Shown: positions 18,480-27,957, counted from the first letter of the stretch. The stretch: 34,438 nt of DNA from a virus (IMGVR_UViG_3300020045_003719:1-34438); one strand, 5' to 3'. Numbers and translations are program-made. Notes: generated by a model from the letters alone, not told the origin.

Positions 18480-21040
18480 TGGCAGGTGCATCAACAATAC
18501 TTGGGAAATTAGAAAAGCAACCAGTCGCAGAGGCTAGTTCCCAACTATTTGAAAAACTAGATTTAAAAAAACCGACACGTACTGATATATCAAAAGTTCC
18601 TGAGGGGACTGAGATAGACACGAGGATGACTGATATTCAGAAAGAAGAAAAGTTCGCACAAGCAAAAGCTAATCAAGAAACAATCAAAAATGCAAAAGAG
18701 AATGAACGATTACTTGCTGAGGCAAACAAACCTGTTGAAAGAAACTCATTTACTGAAACAGATCCAACTGTTGATCCAACAATAATGCAAGACCCAAATA
18801 TACCAAAAACGGCACAGACAATTGATGCTGATATAGTAATCAAACGGGCTGATAAAAAACGTGATCTAGCATTGAAAATAAATCAGATACAAAAAGAAAA
18901 AGAACTTACAAGTATTTTACAAGCAAAGCAACCTGATCAGAGTACTTATGATGTGCTTCGTAACACCATAGGAAAGACAGCAGGAGCTGGAAACGCATTC
19001 AGTAATATCGAGAGCAGGGCGACGGCAATATATACCCGTGTAAGCTCTAATATGTTCAATGTGAAAGATAATCTTCGTACAAAATGGGCTGGTTTAGCGC
19101 AAGATACTGAATTGGGGAAAGAATTGGTACGTTTTCTAAAAGATGGTAAAGTGCAAAACAAGAAGTTGGAAGGTGCTGTTAAACAGATGGCTACCGAATG
19201 GACGGCTGCTGCAAATCAGATTAAAAACCTACGAATTAAAGCCGGTGGTAAAGTCGGTGAGCTTGAAGATTGGGTTGTACCACAGTCACACAATAATATC
19301 GCCATTAAAAAAGCAGGTAAAGATGAATGGATAAATTCGATCCGTCCACTACTTGATGTTGAACGAATTGAAGCACAAGTTGGAAAACCAATTTCAGAAG
19401 TTCTTGACAATGCCTATGTGAACATAACATCACCTGACATTGGTGTAAGAAGTTTCACCAGTAATGTTGCAAAAAGACATGAAGAAAGTAGGGTACTACA
19501 TTTTAAAGATGGTGACTCAATTATAAAATACAATGAAAAGTTTGGAAGTAAAGACGTCTTTGCAACTATGGATAACCACGTGAGAATGCAGTCGCAGGAA
19601 ATTAGTACGATGCAGCTGTTTGGTGCAAATCCAGATGACAACTTTTTGAAATTAAAAGAACTTGCAAAAAAAGATGGTATGAGTACTTTTCAAGAACACA
19701 AACTTGATGCACTTTGGGATATAAGCACAGGGAAAGCTGATGGTGACGCAATCGTTGGAAAAGCTGACCGAATCATCGCAACAATTGGTGGTGCGCATAG
19801 AAGTATCCACGTGGCATCCAAACTAGGAAGTGCTACCGTTTCTGCAATTGCAGATATTGGGAATATTGTACTAGGTAGTGGTTACCGTAATTTAAGCAGT
19901 ATTAAAATTTTGGGTAGATCATTACAGTCAATGTTTCAAGAGGCATTCAGTGGTACAAAATCAGGACGTAATGTTGAACTTGCATCGCGACTTGGTATCG
20001 TAAGTGAATTCGCAAATGCAAGTTTGAGTAATTCAAGGTTTGCAGAAGTGACGGGAACTGGTGGTTTAGCAAAGACAGCAGAAGTTGTAATACGAGCAAG
20101 TGGATTGGGTGCTTGGACTGATACAATACGATCGTCTTTTGGTTTGGAGTTAAATTCACTTTTATATAGCAACTTCAAAAACTCTTACGAAAATTTACCA
20201 TTCAAAAATATGTTGTCTGAGTATGGAATTACGAAGCAGGATTGGGATATTATTAGAACAACAAAAGGAAGGACTTTAAAAAGTGACAGCTTTTCTTCTG
20301 ACTTTTTGGATATGGAAGCTCTTTACAATGTGAATGAGGGCTTAGGGTATAAGGTTTCAGAAATGATCAACACAGAAATGGATGCTTTTGTAATTATGCC
20401 GACAAACCGAACTCAGGTTTGGACAACAGCTGGTGCAAAAAAAGGTACACTCAAAGGTGAACTTGCAAGAAATGTTATGCTGTTCAAATCGTTCCCAATA
20501 GCAGTTGTACAAATGCACATCGCAAGATTGCACAATATGACAGGTTCTGGAAAAGTTGCTTATACTGTTGCTGGTGTTATGTCATCAATTGTATTTGGTG
20601 GGTTGGCATTAATGGCGTACGATCTGGTGACTGGAAAAAAACCAAGAGATATTGAGCGTCCTGAATTTCTTTGGGAGTCAATTATGAAAGGTGGGGGTTT
20701 AGGTATCTTCGGCGACCTTTTCTCATTGGCTGAAAACAGATACGGTCACTCTTGGTTGGGTACTTTTGTGGGTGTTCCATACAGTACAGGTGAGGATATT
20801 GCAGGTATTCTTGGCGACATTAAAAATGAGATAAAAGGTGATGATACCAACGTAATGGCTAATGCTTATAACAGAGCTAAAAAGTACATTCCAGCTCAAA
20901 ACCTTTGGATGACAAGAACATTGTTCAGTGAAACTTTGGGGGATTTTGTTCAAGAGGCAATTGATCCTGATTTTTACGAAGCGCAATACAAGAAACAAAT
21001 GAGAATGAAAGAATTAGGACAAGAGAGTTTATTCAAATAA
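18479..21040 (+). CDS. Large internal virion (ejection) protein
   Basis: DWVVPQSH, RVLHFKD, LFGANP, LGSA..SAI.D, FKSFP, GGGLGIFGD motifs typical of BPP-1-like podovirus large core proteins. Confidence 0.8.
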   Translation: MAGASTILGKLEKQPVAEASSQLFEKLDLKKPTRTDISKVPEGTEIDTRMTDIQKEEKFAQAKANQETIKNAKENERLLAEANKPVERNSFTETDPTVDPTIMQDPNIPKTAQTIDADIVIKRADKKRDLALKINQIQKEKELTSILQAKQPDQSTYDVLRNTIGKTAGAGNAFSNIESRATAIYTRVSSNMFNVKDNLRTKWAGLAQDTELGKELVRFLKDGKVQNKKLEGAVKQMATEWTAAANQIKNLRIKAGGKVGELEDWVVPQSHNNIAIKKAGKDEWINSIRPLLDVERIEAQVGKPISEVLDNAYVNITSPDIGVRSFTSNVAKRHEESRVLHFKDGDSIIKYNEKFGSKDVFATMDNHVRMQSQEISTMQLFGANPDDNFLKLKELAKKDGMSTFQEHKLDALWDISTGKADGDAIVGKADRIIATIGGAHRSIHVASKLGSATVSAIADIGNIVLGSGYRNLSSIKILGRSLQSMFQEAFSGTKSGRNVELASRLGIVSEFANASLSNSRFAEVTGTGGLAKTAEVVIRASGLGAWTDTIRSSFGLELNSLLYSNFKNSYENLPFKNMLSEYGITKQDWDIIRTTKGRTLKSDSFSSDFLDMEALYNVNEGLGYKVSEMINTEMDAFVIMPTNRTQVWTTAGAKKGTLKGELARNVMLFKSFPIAVVQMHIARLHNMTGSGKVAYTVAGVMSSIVFGGLALMAYDLVTGKKPRDIERPEFLWESIMKGGGLGIFGDLFSLAENRYGHSWLGTFVGVPYSTGEDIAGILGDIKNEIKGDDTNVMANAYNRAKKYIPAQNLWMTRTLFSETLGDFVQEAIDPDFYEAQYKKQMRMKELGQESLFK

Positions 21041-21055
21041 AAAAGGGGGTATGTT

Positions 21056-22600
21056 ATGGCATACAATACAGCAGAACCGAGGGCTGAATATAGTGCGAAT
21101 GCAGGACAGACAGCGTTTGATTTCGTTTTTAAGATATTTTCAATATCAGATTTAAAAGTGTATTCAACACCGTTCGGGCAAACAGCAAACGATGAAACAG
21201 ATATTTTAATTGAGAATATTGATTATACGGTTTCAATCAACGGTGATAATGGTGGTACAGTGACTTTGACAAATCCTGCAGCTATTGACGATGTTATCGT
21301 ATTACTAAGGGATTTACCTGTAAAAAGAGATTATGAATATCAACAAGGTGGCGATCTATCATCAGACACATTGAACGATGATCAAGATTATCAAACGTAT
21401 TTACTAGCGGACAAGCAAAGGGATAGTAACAGATTTTTAAAATTACCAGATACAGCAATTGTTGCGTCTAACATTTTACCACCAATAGTTCCAAATGCTT
21501 ATTTAAAATGGAATGAGGATGGCACAGAGTTACAGTATGACACATCAATCCCTGATGCTGTAATTTTATCAACTGACGCTGCATTGATCGCTGAGAGTTA
21601 TGCAACAGAACCTGAGGATGTATTTGTTAAAACATACAACAATGGTGTACCAACACCAACAACTGATTATTCAGCGCTACATTGGGCTGCTAAATCAGAA
21701 GGTTTTGCAGGTGACTCAGATGATTCGGCAGTTGAGTCACAATTGTCACAATGGTTGTCTGATGCTGCTAAATTAACGGCACAGAGTTACGCAACAGAAC
21801 CTGAGGACGTATTTGTTAAAACATACAGTTCGGATGGTGATGGAACATTTACAGCCACAAACACAACTGATTATTCAGCGTTACATTGGGCTGCTAAATC
21901 AGAAGAATCAGCCGTTGGTTCTGCTGTGGATATATCATTTGATAATTCAGGAACAGGGATTGCTGCAGATAATGTACAAGATGCACTTGTTGAGATTGAC
22001 GAAGATCTTGCAAGTAAGGCTCCTTTGGAAAGCCCAGCATTAACCGGAACTCCAACAGCTCCAACTCAATCAGCACTTGATGACAGTACAAAATTAGCAA
22101 CAACAGCTTATGTTGATAGGAAAATGGTTTTAGGTACAGCAGTAAATAGCACAAGCGGAACAAGCATAGATTTTACTGGAATACCATCTTGGGTTAAAAG
22201 AATTACGGTTATGTTTAAAGGAGTAAGTACAAATGGAACAAGTGGGTTACTTGTTCAAATTGGTAATACAACAATACAAACAACTGGATATTCATCGAGT
22301 GCATCAGCATTTGTAAATGGTGCTGCACCATCCACTACTGCTGTTGTTACCTCTGGGTTTATTATTTTTAATGATAATATATCAGATTTAACTACAATAG
22401 AAATGATAATTGATTTAGTAAACAATTATAACTATATAAGTGTTCATAACGGAATGGTTAATGGAAGTTCAAGAACAGTATCTAAAAATGGAGGTGGAAG
22501 TGCTACTTTATCATCTGCTTTAGATAGAATTAGAATAACATCAGCAAATGGCACTGAAACATTTGATGCTGGACAAATTAATATTATGTATGAGGGGTAA
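21056..22600 (+). CDS. Tail fibre / receptor-binding protein
   Basis: T7-fibre-like N-terminal adaptor (YSANAGQTAFDF.F, LNDDQD), KAPLESPALTGTPTAPT..LATTAYV fibre motif, C-terminal SIDFTGIPSWVKRI...FDAGQINIMYE domain. Confidence 0.88.
   Translation: MAYNTAEPRAEYSANAGQTAFDFVFKIFSISDLKVYSTPFGQTANDETDILIENIDYTVSINGDNGGTVTLTNPAAIDDVIVLLRDLPVKRDYEYQQGGDLSSDTLNDDQDYQTYLLADKQRDSNRFLKLPDTAIVASNILPPIVPNAYLKWNEDGTELQYDTSIPDAVILSTDAALIAESYATEPEDVFVKTYNNGVPTPTTDYSALHWAAKSEGFAGDSDDSAVESQLSQWLSDAAKLTAQSYATEPEDVFVKTYSSDGDGTFTATNTTDYSALHWAAKSEESAVGSAVDISFDNSGTGIAADNVQDALVEIDEDLASKAPLESPALTGTPTAPTQSALDDSTKLATTAYVDRKMVLGTAVNSTSGTSIDFTGIPSWVKRITVMFKGVSTNGTSGLLVQIGNTTIQTTGYSSSASAFVNGAAPSTTAVVTSGFIIFNDNISDLTTIEMIIDLVNNYNYISVHNGMVNGSSRTVSKNGGGSATLSSALDRIRITSANGTETFDAGQINIMYEG
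21594..21905 (+). repeat. Internal duplication in the tail fibre gene
   Basis: 21594-21701 and 21783-21905 both encode SYATEPEDVFVKTY...TTDYSALHWAAKSE; near-identical DNA blocks with a different central loop. Confidence 0.92.
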
Positions 22601-22602
22601 TT

Positions 22603-22950
22603 ATGAGAATAGAAGTAGATATTGATGGAAACATAACGAAGCATGAAGATGCACCAATTATACAAAGAACAAAAGAAGAAATCGAAGCTGAAAATATAGC
22701 AGAAGCTAAAAGAGCTAGAAATAAAGCTATGCTTGACGGTGCTTTGTATAATATTGATGGAACACCTTATAAAGTATCTTTCACAAAGAATGATGGTGAT
22801 GGATTGATGCAAGTTAAATCTGCTTTTGAAATGGGATTAAGTTCAACTGTAATTCATTTTGAAAATGGAACTATGATGCCTATAAATGCATCGGAGTTTC
22901 TACAATTTTCGGTTTGGTTTGTGAATAAAAGAAATGAGTTTTTCATATGA
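22603..22950 (+). CDS. Putative tail fibre assembly chaperone
   Basis: Small gene directly after the fibre; AEAKRARNKA and W...RN.FF patterns. Confidence 0.55.
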   Translation: MRIEVDIDGNITKHEDAPIIQRTKEEIEAENIAEAKRARNKAMLDGALYNIDGTPYKVSFTKNDGDGLMQVKSAFEMGLSSTVIHFENGTMMPINASEFLQFSVWFVNKRNEFFI

Positions 22951-23207
22951 GAACAAACGAAGAATTAGAACTCCTATACAACAAATTTGACAATGATGTT
23001 AAAACCAAATCAAGATGGTTAAGAGCTTTAATAACTTTTGACCAGCTGATTGGTGTTATCTTTTGGAACAATAGCCAAGATGAAACAATAAGCTCAAAGA
23101 TTGGAAGAAAGAAATTAAACAACACTTCCAATTGGTTTGAAGATAAATTATGTTGTTTATTATCAAAGCTTGACTATAATCACTGTAACAAGTCTTTAGG
23201 GGAATGA
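22947..23207 (+). CDS. Conserved phage protein (DQ...DETISS..G...HC type)
   Basis: FDQLIG...QDETISSKIG...CCLL..LD.NHC; ATGA coupling. Confidence 0.7.
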   Translation: MRTNEELELLYNKFDNDVKTKSRWLRALITFDQLIGVIFWNNSQDETISSKIGRKKLNNTSNWFEDKLCCLLSKLDYNHCNKSLGE

Positions 23208-23629
23208 GTATGAGTGAGAGATTAGAAAATAAAGTCGATGAACATGATCGAATGCTTATCGAAATGCAAACCATATTAAAAGGTATTGCAAATAGTCAAA
23301 ATAAGATGGCTGATAATATGGGTCTTATGGCGTTATCGGTTGGGAAAATAGATCAGTGGTTAGAAAAAATAAGTAACTTAGACGCCAACACAAAGGAGTC
23401 ATTCAAAAGAACTTACAAAGTAATTGACGAGGTTGAAAGTAAACTGGCAAAAGAGTCTTCAAATATAACTGAGTCTGTAACTGAGTTAGAGAATAAAGTT
23501 GACGAAGGTTTCAAGGATCTTGAAGTGGCTAGATTCTTTAGTAAGCACCCTAAACTGCTTTTATTGGTAGTTGTGGGTTTTTGTGTATTAAATATAGAAC
23601 CAATTAGAAAAATTATCTTTGGAGGATAA
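23204..23629 (+). CDS. Coiled-coil protein with C-terminal transmembrane helix (holin/antiholin candidate)
   Basis: Heptad-rich body, LLLLVVVGFCVL hydrophobic helix, located in the lysis region. Confidence 0.55.
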   Translation: MSMSERLENKVDEHDRMLIEMQTILKGIANSQNKMADNMGLMALSVGKIDQWLEKISNLDANTKESFKRTYKVIDEVESKLAKESSNITESVTELENKVDEGFKDLEVARFFSKHPKLLLLVVVGFCVLNIEPIRKIIFGG

Positions 23630-23630
23630 A

Positions 23631-23855
23631 ATGTTAACATTCTTAGTAAGCTTAGGCTTAAAATTTATTACTAGTAATTTGGCTAAAACAATTATTGCTA
23701 TCGGAGTTAAAAAACTCATTGCTGTAAAAGGTGATGGGATTACAGCTGATGTTGCGGCACTTATGATTGACGGTATTGCTAGATCTCAGCATAACCCAAC
23801 AACAGAAGACGTTTTTAAAGATGCATTGGAATTGCTAACTGGTGAGGACAAATAA
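23631..23855 (+). CDS. Small hydrophobic lysis-region protein (holin candidate)
   Basis: GGAGG RBS before ATG 23631; MLTFLVSLGLKFI N-terminus; directly upstream of endolysin. Confidence 0.55.
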   Translation: MLTFLVSLGLKFITSNLAKTIIAIGVKKLIAVKGDGITADVAALMIDGIARSQHNPTTEDVFKDALELLTGEDK

Positions 23856-23856
23856 T

Positions 23857-24360
23857 ATGAGTACTTTTGATATTGCATTTAAAGAAGTGTTGGGGTTTGA
23901 AGATGGTTATGTTGATGATGTAAATGATCGAGGTGGTGAAACAAAATACGGAATTAGTAAGAAGTCATACCCAAACCTTGACATTAAATCATTAACTGTT
24001 GCTGATGCTAAAGATATTTATTATAAAGATTTTTGGAATAGTGAATTTTTGGAGTTGTCATTGATTGATGATGAAAAAATAGCGATTGAGTTATTTGATA
24101 CGGCAGTTAATATGGGGCAAAAGACAGCAGCTAAATTCTTACAAGAAGCCTTAAACCTAATGAATAGAAATCAGAAAGATTGGGGTGATTTGACAGTTGA
24201 CGGTGATGTTGGTGCTGAAACATTGAAAGCTTATAAAAAAGCTAGAAAACCAATATTACTGAAAGTTTTAAATGGACTTCAATTTATGAAGTATGTTAAA
24301 ATTTGTGAGAATGATTCGACACAAGAAAATAATTTCAACGGTTGGATGGTTAGAGTTTAA
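23857..24360 (+). CDS. Endolysin, glycoside hydrolase family 108 with C-terminal peptidoglycan-binding domain
   Basis: FEDGYVDDVNDRGGETKYGIS, IYYKDFW, LFDTAVNMG, VDG.VG..TL, F.GW..RV. Confidence 0.92.
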   Translation: MSTFDIAFKEVLGFEDGYVDDVNDRGGETKYGISKKSYPNLDIKSLTVADAKDIYYKDFWNSEFLELSLIDDEKIAIELFDTAVNMGQKTAAKFLQEALNLMNRNQKDWGDLTVDGDVGAETLKAYKKARKPILLKVLNGLQFMKYVKICENDSTQENNFNGWMVRV

Positions 24361-24366
24361 ATCTGA

Positions 24367-24394
24367 ATAACCCACTTTTTATAGGTGGGTTATT
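24367..24394. terminator. Bidirectional intrinsic terminator between the convergent operons
   Basis: AATAACCCAC...GTGGGTTATT inverted repeat at the point of convergence. Confidence 0.8.
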
Positions 24395-24707
24395 TTAGTT
24401 CTTTTTCAATTACTAAAATTTTATCTACTATATCTCTAACTTTTTTACTCTTTTGTACACCCTTAAACTCAAGAATTGCATTCTTTTTATTTCCATTGTT
24501 TACTTTTAAATAAAACTTATATACTTCTAGCCCACCTCTAAGTGAATTATAATCTATACCTTTTTTATCTAAATCATCTTTCCAAATAAACGGATTAACA
24601 CCACAATAACTTTCATATAAACCTTGATGTAAAACATCTTCTCTTAAACTTGTTTCACTAAAACATAAAAGAGAAATAAACTTTTTATCTTTTATCCCAA
24701 TGTCGGG
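24390..24707 (-). pseudogene. Start-less 105-codon frame encoding a lytic transglycosylase-like domain; probable 3' half of the 24685..24990 gene
   Basis: Translates PDIGIKDKKFISLLCFSETSL...YCGVNPFIW...NSLRGGLEVYKFYL..NNGNKKNAILEFKG; +1 frame relative to the upstream ORF; absent from the ORF track. Confidence 0.6.
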
Positions 24708-24990
24708 CTAAATCCTTTTGAAATTTGTCAAGATATTGATAATCTTGAATTTTGCTAGATAAAGCATCAAGTTCATCATTTAAAGCTTCTCTTGACTCTA
24801 AAAGCATTAAAATATACTCTTTATTTAATCTATCATTTTCTAAAGCTATTTTCATAACTTCAAGTTTAGAAACTTTTTCCATTTCTAATAACTTATGAAC
24901 TCTTTTTAACTCTAAATTATGTGTAAAGCTATTAATTCCAAAACATATAGTTATAAATATAACACCAGTTGCTATTAAATCATTTTTCAT
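24685..24990 (-). CDS. Membrane-anchored coiled-coil protein (5' half of the split gene)
   Basis: GAGG RBS; N-terminal hydrophobic helix LIATGVIFITICFGI followed by a coiled coil. Confidence 0.7.
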   Translation of the reverse strand: MKNDLIATGVIFITICFGINSFTHNLELKRVHKLLEMEKVSKLEVMKIALENDRLNKEYILMLLESREALNDELDALSSKIQDYQYLDKFQKDLARHWDKR

Positions 24991-24991
24991 T

Positions 24992-25432
24992 TTATACCTC
25001 TAAAAGTTTAACTATATCATTAAAATATCTATATGATACTTTTTGTAAATCTCCATATAATTCATTTTTTTCAAGATAAATTATTTCTTTTTTTGTATTA
25101 ATATCTAGCAATAAGCCCTTAAATTCAATAAAATCAAGTTCAAGAACCAAATGTTCTAAACACATAATAGTCAAAGCATAAGGATTCCATTCATTATTAT
25201 CAAAATGTTTTTCTTCAAGCTCTCTTATTTGAAACAATTTATTCCTTAAAAGTTTTACGTCATTAGGTTTTAAAGTTGTTTTTTTCATACCTTTGCTTTT
25301 TTTATACACCTTATAAGCATTTTGATACCACCATTCTTTTTTAATAGTTTCATTTGTATATTCTTCAATAATTGAAGCAGCATACATACCTAAAAGACTT
25401 CTATATACTAATATTTTTAATTTTTTAGTCAC
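24992..25432 (-). CDS. Hypothetical protein (very AT-rich)
   Basis: GTG start overlapping the upstream stop (GTGA); AAGGA RBS; 146 aa. Confidence 0.75.
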   Translation of the reverse strand: MTKKLKILVYRSLLGMYAASIIEEYTNETIKKEWWYQNAYKVYKKSKGMKKTTLKPNDVKLLRNKLFQIRELEEKHFDNNEWNPYALTIMCLEHLVLELDFIEFKGLLLDINTKKEIIYLEKNELYGDLQKVSYRYFNDIVKLLEV

Positions 25433-25704
25433 AAACTATCCTTTATTATTTTTTCTATCTGTTCCCAACTCCAAACGACATGAACAACAGCACCTGCTTT
25501 TCGTAGTTGTTTATGCATCCATTTCTGAATTATACTAGCTTCATGCTTTTCGTCACGCTTCATTTCAAACAAATACAACCTTCCATTTTCTAAGTGAAAT
25601 ATATCAGGAAAACCCGTCGGTATTGGTGGGTGTTTGAATGTAAATGAGTTTTTACGCTTCTTTAAATTCTTGATGCACTTTTTTTCAATAGCTGATTCAA
25701 GCAT
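25429..25704 (-). CDS. VRR-NUC family nuclease (resolvase-like)
   Basis: ESAIEK, GFPDI, FEMKR, Q.W.H..L...G..V.VV.S. Confidence 0.88.
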   Translation of the reverse strand: MLESAIEKKCIKNLKKRKNSFTFKHPPIPTGFPDIFHLENGRLYLFEMKRDEKHEASIIQKWMHKQLRKAGAVVHVVWSWEQIEKIIKDSL

Positions 25705-26869
25705 TTTTTTTGTACCATGAGGCTGTGAAGTTCTTATTAGCTTTCACAGCTTTATACACATGAGCATCAATCCCTGATATTAAAAAAATCAACTTTATGG
25801 GATCTTTACGATTAATATTTGCTTGTCTAACCCGCACCTGTTCGTATGTTGCAGCACTAAAGCTCATACTGTATATGATCATGTTTTTAAAATGCGAAAA
25901 GTCCTTACCCTCACACAGCTTTGTTATAGAACCTGTATTTGGAAACTCTTTGGCAAGTGCAATCTGTTCTTCAATATGGTGAGCTAAAATAATAGTATCA
26001 CTTGGATCTTCCACGTTAGCTTTTAACCAGTCCATCTTTGGATTATTTTTGAGGGTGTAAACTTCCCCAAATTCATTCTTAACAAAACCACCTGAAATCT
26101 GATGCTTTTTATTGTTTAACTTACTTGGTGTGTCGCCCAGAATATCATATTTTGGTATCACCTTATCTGCATCAAGTTGTTTATAAAATTTCTGTTGCTG
26201 TTTGTTCAGTGGAATATCAATCAGTACATCAACAGGCTCATGTTTGTGACCTGCATCAGCTCTTGTCATTGATACCTTGTACTTATCAACAACTGATATA
26301 ACACGTTTTTCAATTGTACGATCATATTGACGAATATCTTTACCTTTTATTCTAATTGAATACGGCACACCATAATCAATAAACCAATCAGTAAATCTTG
26401 CATACTCACTCCATGGTGAAAAATCACTCAAAGCCATCATATGAAACAATCCAGAGTACCCCTGAGGACTCATAGTCCCTGAACTAAAGATTATAGGTAT
26501 TCCTTTACAAAGTGGTTTAATAGCCTTCCAGATGGTAGAAGTTTTCGGATAACCTGTAATCCATCTGTGGGCTTCATCAAGTACAATTATGTCATACTTC
26601 TGTTGGAACGAAGAGCTTTTTAATGCTTGGTGATAATTGATTATAGACAGCTTGTCTGATAACATTGTAAGGTGGCTTGATGCACTTAAAATGTCCTGTA
26701 TCGCTGATAATTGGGTTATCACCAATGGGTTCTTGTACTTCGTCAATACTTTTAGAAATGATAATGTCTTTCCCGACCGTGGTTCCCCTGCTAACAGACA
26801 CAGCTTTCGTTTCTTTAATTTTTTTCTGATCTGTTTTGCTGCTTTTTTCTGGTGTGGCATTAGTTCCAT
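25697..26869 (-). CDS. SF2 (SNF2-like) helicase
   Basis: LMPHQ Q-motif, GEPRSGKT, VLDEAH, SGT motif III; motifs V/VI look degenerate. Confidence 0.85.
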   Translation of the reverse strand: MELMPHQKKAAKQIRKKLKKRKLCLLAGEPRSGKTLSFLKVLTKYKNPLVITQLSAIQDILSASSHLTMLSDKLSIINYHQALKSSSFQQKYDIIVLDEAHRWITGYPKTSTIWKAIKPLCKGIPIIFSSGTMSPQGYSGLFHMMALSDFSPWSEYARFTDWFIDYGVPYSIRIKGKDIRQYDRTIEKRVISVVDKYKVSMTRADAGHKHEPVDVLIDIPLNKQQQKFYKQLDADKVIPKYDILGDTPSKLNNKKHQISGGFVKNEFGEVYTLKNNPKMDWLKANVEDPSDTIILAHHIEEQIALAKEFPNTGSITKLCEGKDFSHFKNMIIYSMSFSAATYEQVRVRQANINRKDPIKLIFLISGIDAHVYKAVKANKNFTASWYKKNA

Positions 26870-27656
26870 CGCTCATCCTTTTTAGTTTTGGTGGGTCCCA
26901 TAGTACAACACCCGTTTCAGGCGTCCATTGATCCATACCTATTAATCTTCTTGTTAAAATTGCATCACTTTCTGTCATACCTTTTGACTCATAGACTTCA
27001 ACAACTTTATCCCAACTGTAATCAGCGTCAAGTAATTTTTCAGCAGTTATCAAAGCTACTCTGTTTATACCTTTGATATTATCAGTAAGATCACCAGCTA
27101 AAGTTTGATGGTAGTTAAACTTGTTAGCATCTTCAACACTTGTATCGCACCAACTCTTGTGCATATAATGACAGTTGAACCATGTACCAGCGACACCTTT
27201 CAATAAATCTTTATCAATTGTTACACCAACAGCACCGTTTCTTACATAATACGCAACAACGTCATCAGCTTCTGTGTTTCCAACATATGATTTATTCTCA
27301 TAAGCCCATTTTCTTATTTTATAAAATTCTTTTGTCTTTTCTCTTGATTCCCTATTGCCTTTATACTCAGGATATAGTTTGTATCTGAAATTAGTGTCAG
27401 GATCTGATACGAAAACAATTACATCTTTTAACTTCCAACCTCTGATTTTGAATTCTTTTTTAGCTTCTTTTGTCAATTCTTCAATGTAATCTTCATATGC
27501 CTTGATTAATACAGGAAGTTTTATTTTCCCAACCTTTACAACCTCACCTTCTAAGCTATCCTTTTTTGGTATTGGTTGAGGTGCCACAACATACGGTATA
27601 TTGTCTGCATCAATAACGAGGTCTTTTTTTATTTTTTTTACTTTATTCTTTTTCAT
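26592..27656 (-). CDS. 5'-3' exonuclease (T7 gp6 / FEN-like) with a C-terminal extension overlapping the helicase
   Basis: IDAD, NFRY..YPEYKGNR, EADD, IDKDL, GD.TDNIKG. Confidence 0.9.
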   Translation of the reverse strand: MKKNKVKKIKKDLVIDADNIPYVVAPQPIPKKDSLEGEVVKVGKIKLPVLIKAYEDYIEELTKEAKKEFKIRGWKLKDVIVFVSDPDTNFRYKLYPEYKGNRESREKTKEFYKIRKWAYENKSYVGNTEADDVVAYYVRNGAVGVTIDKDLLKGVAGTWFNCHYMHKSWCDTSVEDANKFNYHQTLAGDLTDNIKGINRVALITAEKLLDADYSWDKVVEVYESKGMTESDAILTRRLIGMDQWTPETGVVLWDPPKLKRMSDGTNATPEKSSKTDQKKIKETKAVSVSRGTTVGKDIIISKSIDEVQEPIGDNPIISDTGHFKCIKPPYNVIRQAVYNQLSPSIKKLFVPTEV

Positions 27657-27957
27657 TGTTTTTACTTCCTAATTTATCCAATTTTATTTCCAACAACATC
27701 AACCCGTTACATATAAGATGCGCTAAATGAAAGCACTGACTGTCATCAGCAAGGTCATCATCTTCACCCTCAAACAAGTGACGCATCAATGCACCTTTGA
27801 GTGATCCTTCTGGACTTTTTTTATAACTGGTTGGATCAGGGTATTTCACCAAGCCAAATTCTCTAACCTTTGAAACTTCTGTCAATGCGTTTTTAAACAT
27901 CAACAAGTTTTCCAAAGGAACTTTACCAATTGTTTGTTTTATGCTCTGATCAATCAT
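27643..27957 (-). CDS. dATP/dGTP diphosphohydrolase-like protein (DUF5664-like)
   Basis: GK.P..L, AL.EV..V..FG..KY, ALMRHL, D.S...HLAH..CN..ML. Confidence 0.8.
   Translation of the reverse strand: MIDQSIKQTIGKVPLENLLMFKNALTEVSKVREFGLVKYPDPTSYKKSPEGSLKGALMRHLFEGEDDDLADDSQCFHLAHLICNGLMLLEIKLDKLGSKNNEKE

Noticed and set aside
21594-21905. Tail-fibre repeat pair as a diversity-generating retroelement TR/VR
   Set aside because: There is no reverse transcriptase in the genome, both copies are in-frame coding, and differences in the conserved blocks are synonymous C/T rather than adenine-specific
2817-23640. Numerous 60-145 aa antisense or alternate-frame ORFs inside structural genes
   Set aside because: Shadow ORFs of well-supported genes with no recognisable motifs
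27643-27957. 2-aminoadenine (Z-base) or other modified-base pathway
   Set aside because: The DUF5664-like gene is alone; no PurZ, DatZ or base-modification enzymes are recognisable
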